The notes under the pieces: model-generated
Told to the model about the DNA's origin: nothing
Database searches by the model: none
Seen by the model: the letters and a program-made list of their open reading frames with translations, nothing else
Shown here: piece by piece, positions 10,173 through 17,792 of the stretch
Position numbering within the stretch: the first letter of the stretch is position 1
Layout of the letters: every line of letters begins with the position of its first letter
Translations under genes and position numbers: made by a program
Virus record (IMG/VR): IMGVR_UViG_3300029930_000008
Coordinates: 1-30,215 of that record
DNA from: a virus
Taxonomy: Duplodnaviria > Caudoviricetes
Length of the DNA stretch: 30,215 bases
Reading direction: 5' to 3' (one strand)

Positions 10173-11924
10173 CTACCTTCTCATTGTTGTTCGTGCGCTA
10201 GCGCTAGCCTGTCCGCCTGCTGTCAAAGAAGACAACAAACTTTGTAGTGTAGGTGCGCCAGTCATAGGAGACGGAGAGCCTCCTGCCAGCGCAGCGGGAG
10301 CAGGGGACGGTTGCTCAACCATAGAAGGAGCGCCAGCAGGAGGTAATTCTTCAGGCTTGAATGTAGTTTCAATAGCATCTTCAAGGGCTGTACCCTTTTG
10401 ACGAGCCTTGATTACATTTGCAATCTTACGAATTGTATCTGATGGGTCAGTGCCTGAGGCAGCCATCTGTGGGATTACTTGAGCATACTGTTGTAGAGAA
10501 GCCATAAGCGCTGTGCGCAAATCTTCTACTTCAATCTTTTCTTGCTCTTGAGTTACGTTAATACCAAATGGTAATTCACGCTGTGCTAAATCTTTAGAAA
10601 TTAATTTACCACCAAGGGCTTGTAGCATAAAGATAAGACCCTGTGCTGGATTAAGTCCTGCCAACATACCGTAGCGGACATCAGCAGAGTAATCACCTTT
10701 AATATCTTTAGCAGGTGTGTAATCAATACTATATGGGGAACCAGCATCTACACCACGAATTGTCTTTTGTTCATTGAAATACTTCTCATCAACTTCAAAA
10801 CACAAACTAATTACATCGCGTAGTGCTGCAGCAAAGATAGCCTGAGCAGACTTAACTTGAGTATCAAATCCACCCATAAGGGCTTGAACGCCTTGACCCG
10901 TGATAATGCTTGCGTCAACATTACCAGTACGTCCCTCTGGATAACGGGTTCCGGTTCTAAGTTCTTGTTGCAGAATTGCTTGTTCAGTAAATGCTCCAGG
11001 TGGAATATTCAAATCCACACGACGAACTGTTTGTGGACTTGCGGTGCGGATAATCGCATCAGGTCCAACCTGTAGTTCATTTACATCTTGAGGCACGACA
11101 ATTGGAGCCTGGACGGATTTCTCTGCTGCTTCCATCGCAAGTAATGCGAACCTATTGCGAAGCAACTGAATTCCGAGCACATCGTCAAACTGTCCACGCA
11201 TCTCACCATCAATAGATGGTCGTCTTGCAACTACAACCATCATCTTACCTAGTGGATTCTTTGCCTGTGATAGCACAAGGTTATTTCTAGCAGGAACATA
11301 CACAACAGATTGTTCTTTATCGTAATAACGAATAATCTCTAGTTGTGCAGTAAGGTCTTGTTCATAACCTTCTCTGCCTAGAATTTCAAACTCGTACTCA
11401 GGGAAGTTCGCTACTAATTCGCCTATTGACATATAGTAACGTTTTGCAAAGGCTACGCATCGCCCATAGCGGTCAAACTCTGGGTAAGCGCCCACTGGGT
11501 TTTCTATACGGATGCGCGGTAGCCCCGCTTCTTCGTCAAGTTCTACACAGAACGGGACGAAACCAAATGTGATGTACATATCTGCGCCTTGGTACATCTG
11601 CACTTGTAAATCAGAATTTGAAAAATAATTAGCAGCAATGCGAGTGCGCTTATCAGCAAAAGCACGGGCGCGGTCAGAAACCTGATTCGCTGCCGAACAG
11701 TTAACGGCTGGTAGTGGTGCCATAACTTCGGATAAATCGCGGGCAACAATGTCAATAAAATTCGCAACGACATTTGCATCTACACCTTCGGGAAAGAACT
11801 CAGGGTATACAGAAGAAATCTCACCTTTACGTACGGCAAGAACATCTTGCTGCCGTGCATCACGGCTAGCAGCACGATAACGTAAGTTATCTATACGGGC
11901 TGCAATCTGATTTATTGATAGCAT
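10173..11924 (-). CDS. Portal (head-tail connector) protein
   Basis: 583 aa, directly after the terminase, with portal-like helical segments and a low-complexity Pro/Ala tail. Confidence 0.85.
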   Translation of the reverse strand: MLSINQIAARIDNLRYRAASRDARQQDVLAVRKGEISSVYPEFFPEGVDANVVANFIDIVARDLSEVMAPLPAVNCSAANQVSDRARAFADKRTRIAANYFSNSDLQVQMYQGADMYITFGFVPFCVELDEEAGLPRIRIENPVGAYPEFDRYGRCVAFAKRYYMSIGELVANFPEYEFEILGREGYEQDLTAQLEIIRYYDKEQSVVYVPARNNLVLSQAKNPLGKMMVVVARRPSIDGEMRGQFDDVLGIQLLRNRFALLAMEAAEKSVQAPIVVPQDVNELQVGPDAIIRTASPQTVRRVDLNIPPGAFTEQAILQQELRTGTRYPEGRTGNVDASIITGQGVQALMGGFDTQVKSAQAIFAAALRDVISLCFEVDEKYFNEQKTIRGVDAGSPYSIDYTPAKDIKGDYSADVRYGMLAGLNPAQGLIFMLQALGGKLISKDLAQRELPFGINVTQEQEKIEVEDLRTALMASLQQYAQVIPQMAASGTDPSDTIRKIANVIKARQKGTALEDAIETTFKPEELPPAGAPSMVEQPSPAPAALAGGSPSPMTGAPTLQSLLSSLTAGGQASASARTTMRR

Positions 11925-11931
11925 CTATTTC

Positions 11932-13818
11932 CTATCCGTAGGTATCTTGCCATTGCTCGGCAACCACATCATCAATGTTAATCGTATAGCGTCTTTCCTT
12001 CTGTGCTCTAGTAGCCCAGCGGTTATTCGCCCACTTTTGTAGATTAGAATTTTGTTGCATAAACTCACGGCATCGGAGTACCCCGAACCATAAAGCCATC
12101 ACACAGTCAGTCTTACCTCTAGTGCTTGGTTTCCAAGTCAATAGTTGTTGGACTAAAGCCTTGAGTCCCTCAGAACCTTCAGTGCTTGGTAACTCCAATA
12201 TGTTGTTTTTTTGGAACTTTCCTTCTCGGGTTGTTCCGAAAAGTGTAGACATTGAAGCGACTCCGAAGTTTGTGTCCCATTTGTTCTTGCCTGTAAAGTG
12301 AGCATTAATCCGTACGCCGTATGAAGCAAGCCAGTTTCGTAGGTCATCGTCAAGGGCGTATGCTTTTTGGTGCGCATTGATTTCAACTCGGAACTCTTGC
12401 GGTTTATAAACCTGAGTAAATGCTTCAATTGTCTCCCTAATCTTTTGCGGTGTTGGTTCTGACATATTCAAACAATCCAACACATAAATCTTGCCATCTG
12501 CTTTATTGAACGTCATAGCAACAAACGCAGCGTTCCCAGCCATTGCAGGGTCAAAACCAACAACGGTATATCCCTCAACCCTTTGAGGATGTCCAGCAGC
12601 ACCAGGACGTAAGTTGCCCTTTTTGCGCATACCGTTGATAGAACCTTGCACTAATTCAGCAGGGAAGATTGAATCTTCAACTACATCTTCCTGCTGGTAA
12701 ACCAGTGCCCAGGTAGATGGAGTTACTTCACCTCTGCGTCGCGCAAGGGTTGGTCCGTCCCATTTGGGAAATAATCCTTCTTCGTCAGGAACATCATCAT
12801 CCCCATCCCACGGAGCGTCCGACTTTGCCCATAGGGTTTTCCAGTCTTTAGTATCTTCCGCATACTCCAAGACAGCAGGCATACCCATATAAGTAAATGG
12901 GCTTTTACCCCCTGACCAATGCTTCGGGTCACGGAGTTCTTTATAGAAATCAGTTGGCGCAATTCTTGTTCCCACCACTAACAACTTACCGTTTTTACCT
13001 AAACGGGTAATAACTTCTTTTTGCAGCCAATTGATTTGCTTCTCATACTCGTGAGCATTGGCGGTAGTAATACAGTCATCTAAAATTATTAGGTCGGCAC
13101 GGGCACCGTAGATTTGACCACCCATACCGAGTGCCTGGATAGTCGGGTCCTTCTCTGATGAATTACGGGCATCACTTCCCAAGTAGACGGTATCAACACG
13201 CCAGGTATCAGAGTCTTCTTTCCATCCCCCTTCTGGTCCAAATGTTGTTTGCAACTTTAACCAGCGCGGGTGGCTTAACCTTTGTTTGATTGCGTACACG
13301 AATTCCCGTGCTTTGACTAACGTCTTAGAAACTACGATGATTCTAACGTTGGGGTTTAGCGCGATGCGATATGTAGAGTAGTTCACCGTGATAACGGTGG
13401 ACTTAGCGTGCTCAGGCGGCACGTTCACAAGAAGGCGATTTGGGTCGCCCTTCTCATAAATCATATTTGGGTGGAGCCAAGATGGCTCCCGTCCTTCTAA
13501 CAGGTCTACCCAATCTTGGTGATGGGGAAAGACCCTTTGCTCTAGGAACATTTCAGAAAATTGCGGAAAGGATATCTCGTCCCTGGATATCCCTAAAGCC
13601 GTAAGGCTGCGCTCTTTAGCGTCTTCTTTTGCTTGGGCAAGGTCTGCTGCAAACTTCTTGTCCCGCATCATCCAGATTCTTATGGTGTCTGGTTGCTTAC
13701 CCACCTCAGCCATTGCTTTGTGGGGAGCCCAACCTTCAGAAACAAGGGCTATTACTTTAGCCTTTGCTGCTGCCATAGCCTCTGTTCTAGGGTTGTTACT
13801 TCCCTTCTGAAAAGTCAC
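11932..13818 (-). CDS. terL: Terminase large subunit with N-terminal HTH-like extension
   Basis: Walker A-like VPPEHAKST, GGQIYGARADLIILDD (Walker B), coupling motif VGTR, RNase H-like nuclease VGFDPA...TDCVMALW. Confidence 0.93.
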   Translation of the reverse strand: MTFQKGSNNPRTEAMAAAKAKVIALVSEGWAPHKAMAEVGKQPDTIRIWMMRDKKFAADLAQAKEDAKERSLTALGISRDEISFPQFSEMFLEQRVFPHHQDWVDLLEGREPSWLHPNMIYEKGDPNRLLVNVPPEHAKSTVITVNYSTYRIALNPNVRIIVVSKTLVKAREFVYAIKQRLSHPRWLKLQTTFGPEGGWKEDSDTWRVDTVYLGSDARNSSEKDPTIQALGMGGQIYGARADLIILDDCITTANAHEYEKQINWLQKEVITRLGKNGKLLVVGTRIAPTDFYKELRDPKHWSGGKSPFTYMGMPAVLEYAEDTKDWKTLWAKSDAPWDGDDDVPDEEGLFPKWDGPTLARRRGEVTPSTWALVYQQEDVVEDSIFPAELVQGSINGMRKKGNLRPGAAGHPQRVEGYTVVGFDPAMAGNAAFVAMTFNKADGKIYVLDCLNMSEPTPQKIRETIEAFTQVYKPQEFRVEINAHQKAYALDDDLRNWLASYGVRINAHFTGKNKWDTNFGVASMSTLFGTTREGKFQKNNILELPSTEGSEGLKALVQQLLTWKPSTRGKTDCVMALWFGVLRCREFMQQNSNLQKWANNRWATRAQKERRYTINIDDVVAEQWQDTYG

Positions 13819-13843
13819 AGACCTATCCCATCTACAAACTATT

Positions 13844-13988
13844 ACTGATAGTACAGACAGTTAGAACAGCCTGTTAGAAACAGACTGAATTACAGTATTG
13901 TAACGGAAGCCCTAAAGGGCTTCCTACTATCAGTGGGCACTTTGTGCCCCTATATAGTATTAATCCGTTCAAACAGCCAATCCGAACG
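13844..13988. repeat. Cluster of inverted repeats upstream of terL (candidate late promoter/leader or packaging region)
   Basis: ACTGATAGTA/TACTATCAGT (13844/13925), GGAAGCCCT/AGGGCTTCC (13905-13924), GGGCAC/GTGCCC (13935-13949), CGTTC..GAACG (13966-13988). Confidence 0.6.
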
Positions 13989-14090
13989 CTTTTATGGCAA
14001 AATGTAATGTAACTCACAGAATAGACCATACCAAAATAGGACATATTAGGGCAGTGCAGGGGGCTAATAGTTTGTACCAGAAAATCTTTT

Positions 14091-14100
14091 TGAGAGTGTA
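14091..14100 (+). repeat. 10-bp direct repeat TGAGAGTGTA, left copy
   Basis: Identical to 15422-15431. Confidence 0.7.
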
Positions 14101-14111
14101 CTGTATAACTC

Positions 14112-14748
14112 TCAGCCAGTTTATAAACCGTAGGGTCATTTAGACCCTACAGGTTTATGGCTACGCCCTGATGGTTCCTGTTACAGTGCGCTGTTCAGGG
14201 CTAACTATCTGGCTGGCTGATAGGGGCGCTGAGTAGAACAGTTTAGATAAATAGAAATGCTGGCTCAACGAGCCCATTTCTGTTTATCTGTTCTGGCTCC
14301 CCGCAAAACAAGGTTGTCTTTTCAGCCTTTGTTTTGCCGGAGCGGAACACCAGAAACAAGCCAAGGACTGAGTGGCTTTTGTTTCTGATTTTGTGTTCCA
14401 TCAGTCAGCACCGGAAACTAGCCCCCGCAAGGTTGCTTCGGCTCGCTGTTCCGAGCAGAGGATAGCAACGCTGGACGCTGTGAGCAGTGTCCTGTGAGGG
14501 GCTATGAAATCTGCTCTATCCTCACATTTCTGCGCCCGATTTCGCGTCTTTGCGAAATCCTGAGCACTGCCGCTCTTAGCGGTCTGCTCTGATTTCTGAC
14601 CGAAAGTTCGGGCTTGTCAGGATGGAGCACTTCGGTTCCATTTTCTGACAACCTGCCTTCTGCCGCACGGGCTGTGAACTTGGCAGCCTACCACGCAAGC
14701 GTGGTTTTTGGGCTGCCGTTCACGCACCGTGCGTGACAGAAAGCAGGT
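14112..14748 (+). ncRNA. Candidate large structured non-coding RNA or leader (~640 nt; could instead be folded ssDNA)
   Basis: Nine or more back-to-back stem-loops and multibranch domains, with recurrent G.T pairs on the + strand and no credible ORF. Confidence 0.65.
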
Positions 14749-14753
14749 AGAAA

Positions 14754-15104
14754 ATGAAACACGAAGTATCCTTCCAAGCAGCCGAACTTTCCGGTCTGGA
14801 AATCAAGACCGCAAAGAACGGCAAGGATTACGCAAAGGGCGTAATCGTTCTTAGAAATGATGAGGGCAGATTTCAAGCATCCCTCCCATTCCTCTGCTTC
14901 ACAGCAGCGGTTGCTAACCTCCGCTCCTTGGAACAGCAGGAGCACTCAGCCGACCTTGTCGGTGGAGTTTCCGTTACTGAGGCTGATGGAACTAAATCAG
15001 AAGCCAAAGAGCCACGCCCTGTGGCTAATGTTTCTGGCTGGTTCCGCACCAGCAAAACTGAAAAAGGCTGGACAACCTCGTTTATGGTGGAGAGCCTGAA
15101 CTAG
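14754..15104 (+). CDS. SSB/PriB-like OB-fold protein (putative)
   Basis: Alternating beta-strand pattern (LEIKTAKNGKDYAKGVIV; VANVSGWFRT; TSFMVESL); similar to 16483-16788; followed by a terminator. Confidence 0.55.
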   Translation: MKHEVSFQAAELSGLEIKTAKNGKDYAKGVIVLRNDEGRFQASLPFLCFTAAVANLRSLEQQEHSADLVGGVSVTEADGTKSEAKEPRPVANVSGWFRTSKTEKGWTTSFMVESLN

Positions 15105-15109
15105 ATAAG

Positions 15110-15140
15110 AAAAGGGCTGGTGTTGAGCCAGCCCTTTTTT
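15110..15140 (+). terminator. Intrinsic terminator
   Basis: AAAAGGGCTGG-tgttgag-CCAGCCCTTTTTT just after the stop at 15104. Confidence 0.75.
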
Positions 15141-15184
15141 ATTATCTAAATGTTCTGGCTTCCTTTATGACTGATGTCCTAGCC

Positions 15185-15417
15185 ATCTCCTTACCATCAG
15201 GCGTAGCCTATCGTTGGCAAACGATAGCAAGGTTACCCAATGATGGTATTGAGATTCAAAAGAATCCTGAGTGTCTTACGAGTCCAATGAGATTAGGTAA
15301 GAGAGCGCACCAAACTACCACAGGCAGGCATACCCGCCGTCAAGTGGTCGCTCCTGATAGCAACGATGGCTCGCACTTGACTGCGGTGCCAGCCTGTGGT
15401 GAGAGAAAAGCGCTCTC
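15185..15417 (+). ncRNA. Second structured non-coding domain (three long stem-loops)
   Basis: Stems 15185-15255, 15268-15298 and 15301-15417 (GAGAGCGC/GCGCTCTC, ACCACAGGC/GCCTGTGGT, GTCAAGTG/CACTTGAC). Confidence 0.55.
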
Positions 15418-15421
15418 AAGG

Positions 15422-15431
15422 TGAGAGTGTA
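15422..15431 (+). repeat. 10-bp direct repeat TGAGAGTGTA, right copy
   Basis: Identical to 14091-14100. Confidence 0.7.
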
Positions 15432-15451
15432 GGTAGATAAAGGAGATTGAT

Positions 15452-15631
15452 ATGTTGAAAGATTGGTTTATAATAGGTGCTAGATTATGTTGTAATTGTA
15501 AGGTTGATATAGATGTAAAGAATGAAGGTATTGATTGTGAAGATTTAGGTAAAGAACATAAGTGGCACAATGATAGTTGGGAAGATATGTGTTGCGTATG
15601 TGGTAGAGATTACGAAATGTTATATAAATAA
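15452..15631 (+). CDS. Small Cys-rich hypothetical protein (59 aa)
   Basis: SD AAAGGAG; MLKDWFIIGARLCCNCK...MCCVCGRDYEMLYK with two CxxC-type pairs. Confidence 0.75.
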   Translation: MLKDWFIIGARLCCNCKVDIDVKNEGIDCEDLGKEHKWHNDSWEDMCCVCGRDYEMLYK

Positions 15632-15639
15632 AGGAGACT

Positions 15640-15909
15640 ATGATGAAAGTATATAAAAGAGGCAGTGAGCCTAAAGGTTGTACCTATGTTGGTAGAGGTA
15701 GTGATTGGGGTAATCCTTTTAGGATTGGATATGATGGTACAAGAGCCGAAGTTATTAGTAAGTTCAGGCTCTATGCTATACAAAGAATAGCAAAGCAGAA
15801 AGATTGGCTAGTGCCGTTAGTTGGCAAAGACTTGGTGTGTCATTGTGCGCCCAAGGCTTGTCACGGAGATGTTATTATTGAACTTATTAGAGACCTACGA
15901 ATCGGATAG
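15640..15909 (+). CDS. DUF4326-family protein
   Basis: YVGRGSDWGNPF...LVGKDLVCHCAPKACHGDVI family signature. Confidence 0.85.
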   Translation: MMKVYKRGSEPKGCTYVGRGSDWGNPFRIGYDGTRAEVISKFRLYAIQRIAKQKDWLVPLVGKDLVCHCAPKACHGDVIIELIRDLRIG

Positions 15910-15963
15910 CCCTGACAACGGGTGCCAGGGCTATCCTCACAACGATATATAAAGGAGACTAAA

Positions 15964-16404
15964 ATGAAAGAAGTTGTGGAAGTATCTAATGGTATGGCAA
16001 TTGTAACAAGTTGTTATGATTGTCAGACTTTATCCGACTATGAACTGAAGTGTAGAGTTTGTGACGAGTCGGATGAGGCTAGAGTAGATGAGTTAGCCTG
16101 GAGTCACAGGGCTGATGAACGCTTGGCAGAAGATGATGTGATTACTGATATCAAAGAAGAACCATCTGGCTCAGACTGGATTGGTAGTGAGACAAGAGTC
16201 AAAGGTAGTAAGCGTATTCGCAGTGAGTTCAAGCCTAGTACCTATGACCTGCGAGATAGATGTCCAAGTACTTACTTCCTAGGTAGTCATATCTTTGATT
16301 TAGATGAAGATGAGGGACGTTCTCGGATTCATATGTTTGAAATAGTATGCCCAAAATGTAACTTGGTGTATCCTAAACGAACAGGTTGTTTAGAATGTAA
16401 GTAG
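15964..16404 (+). CDS. Hypothetical Zn-binding protein
   Basis: ATG 15964 after AAAGGAGACTA; four CxxC pairs. Confidence 0.75.
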   Translation: MKEVVEVSNGMAIVTSCYDCQTLSDYELKCRVCDESDEARVDELAWSHRADERLAEDDVITDIKEEPSGSDWIGSETRVKGSKRIRSEFKPSTYDLRDRCPSTYFLGSHIFDLDEDEGRSRIHMFEIVCPKCNLVYPKRTGCLECK

Positions 16405-16482
16405 TTTGTATAGCGGTTCCCGCCCGCAGGCGAGGCGGGAGACCGCTCCAAGATAAATATAAACAATATAAAGGAGACAGAA

Positions 16483-16788
16483 ATGAATACAGTACAAGTA
16501 ACAGGTTATATCAAGAATGTTCAGGAGCGAGGCTCTGGTAACTACAAGGTTATAACTGCAAACCTTAGCCAACGAAATGATGAAGGCAAGTGTGTCTTTA
16601 CAATGCCGTTGGTGTTTACTTCTCCAGATACCAAGAATACATTGGCTAATGTTTCTTGGGTTGATGGAGTATCACAAGTCGTAACACTAACTGGAAGATT
16701 AGTTACACGATTTGACCGCCGACCAGGGATTGATAATTCTGAGCGTCGCGCACCTTATACACAGATAGAAGTTGTATCTGTAAACTAA
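16483..16788 (+). CDS. Single-stranded DNA-binding-like OB-fold protein
   Basis: MNTVQVTGYI...VTLTGRLVTRF...YTQIEVVSV matches the SSB pattern (MNxVxLxG; VxGxLxxR; TxIxV). No acidic tail. Confidence 0.7.
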   Translation: MNTVQVTGYIKNVQERGSGNYKVITANLSQRNDEGKCVFTMPLVFTSPDTKNTLANVSWVDGVSQVVTLTGRLVTRFDRRPGIDNSERRAPYTQIEVVSVN

Positions 16789-16848
16789 CCTAGGAACGGT
16801 GGGGCTGGAACTACCTGCCCAGCCCCACCTCTAATAAAGGAGACTAAA

Positions 16849-17004
16849 ATGTATTTAGATACAAGCACGCTAGTTGCTGTAGTAATAGCACTAGTATCTC
16901 AATTGATTATGATTATAGTTCTATTTCGTTCTACTTATAAGTGGGAACAACATTACAGAGACGCAATCCGCATACTCAAAGCCGAAAGGATAGCACGCAA
17001 ATGA
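16849..17004 (+). CDS. Small membrane protein (51 aa)
   Basis: SD AAAGGAGACTA; MYLDTSTLVAVVIALVSQLIMIIVLFRS... single TM helix; ATGA overlap with the next gene. Confidence 0.75.
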   Translation: MYLDTSTLVAVVIALVSQLIMIIVLFRSTYKWEQHYRDAIRILKAERIARK

Positions 17005-17243
17005 AGACTGTATATATGACAAAGCGCTGCCCAGTATGTCTAAAGGTGGGCAGTCTTGTAGTAGATGAGCACGAGTTGTTTGCTTATCTACGTGGTAGTT
17101 ATGTACAAGAAGCATTCAAAACTCTTAGCATTCCTTTGAGAGAACAGATAATTAGTGGAGTTCATCCACACTGTTGGGAGGAATTGTGGGGAGAAGAAAG
17201 AGTCAACGAAAACATAGGAGACTACAGTGATGTCAATGACTAA
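17001..17243 (+). CDS. Hypothetical Zn-binding protein
   Basis: ATGA-coupled start; CPVC...REQIISGVHPHCWEELW. Confidence 0.75.
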   Translation: MKTVYMTKRCPVCLKVGSLVVDEHELFAYLRGSYVQEAFKTLSIPLREQIISGVHPHCWEELWGEERVNENIGDYSDVND

Positions 17244-17370
17244 AGAAGATAAGTATTTCAAAGCAGAATGTCAGAAGTGTGATTGGCAGTTGGTTATTCC
17301 AGTATGGGATAAGAATGATGAAGACTATTATCTCTGCCAATCTTGTGCCTTCAGTAAGGTAGGTATGTAA
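17230..17370 (+). CDS. Small zinc-ribbon protein (46 aa)
   Basis: SD AGGAGACTA; CQKC...CQSC. Confidence 0.7.
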   Translation: MSMTKEDKYFKAECQKCDWQLVIPVWDKNDEDYYLCQSCAFSKVGM

Positions 17371-17543
17371 TGAGAGATGAAAATTATCTAAAGAATCTAG
17401 CCGAAGTAGCACGCTGGCTAGATAGTTTGATAGCAGAAGTCAATCATATAAACGAGACAGTTGAAGACTTGATAGCAGAAGCGCCAGTATCTCTGGCAGC
17501 CTGGGATAAAGTAGGAGAGGAACTATGGACGCAAAAGAAGTAG
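17370..17543 (+). CDS. Hypothetical protein (57 aa)
   Basis: TAATG coupling, SD AAGGTAGG; MRDENYLKNLAEVARWLDSL... Confidence 0.65.
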   Translation: MRDENYLKNLAEVARWLDSLIAEVNHINETVEDLIAEAPVSLAAWDKVGEELWTQKK

Positions 17544-17704
17544 CAAAGATAAGAGGACTAGCAATGACTTACGCTAAAATGTTTCTAATGCACAAGTATA
17601 AAGAAGAATATGATGAACTCTATAATGCTTATCTAAAAAACAGAGGTTTATCTACCAGAAAGTTTCGTGAACCTTTGATAGATGAGAGGACAGTAAGTGA
17701 ATGA
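17525..17704 (+). CDS. Hypothetical protein (59 aa)
   Basis: SD AGGAG; MDAKEVAKIRGLAMTYAKMFLMHKYKEEYDELY... Confidence 0.65.
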   Translation: MDAKEVAKIRGLAMTYAKMFLMHKYKEEYDELYNAYLKNRGLSTRKFREPLIDERTVSE

Positions 17705-17792
17705 AGTTATCATTCCGCACATCTCAACACCAATCACCTGGCTATACCTCATTGCAATTGGGTATTGCCTATACAGAGGGATTATTAAATGA
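17697..17792 (+). CDS. Small membrane peptide (31 aa)
   Basis: GTG start after GAGAGGA; MNEVIIPHISTPITWLYLIAIGYCLYRGIIK; ATGA overlap with the next gene. Confidence 0.55.
   Translation: MNEVIIPHISTPITWLYLIAIGYCLYRGIIK

Noticed and set aside
4546-13848. Short ORFs inside structural genes (e.g. 4546, 5338, 6905, 8368, 10072, 10857, 12153, 13633)
   Set aside because: Antisense or out-of-frame shadows with no supporting features.
14688-15099. ORFs 14688-14945(-), 14857-15099(+) and 14873-15055(-)
   Set aside because: Overlap the better-supported OB-fold gene, which has a paralog and a terminator.
14112-15417. Island as tRNA cluster, CRISPR array, group I/II intron, retron or IS element
   Set aside because: No cloverleaf/TpsiC motifs, no repeat-spacer periodicity, no recognisable intron core, and no reverse transcriptase or transposase in the window.
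15167-15424. 85-aa ORF in the second structured domain
   Set aside because: No SD, atypical composition, coincides with long stems; treated as non-coding, though not excluded.
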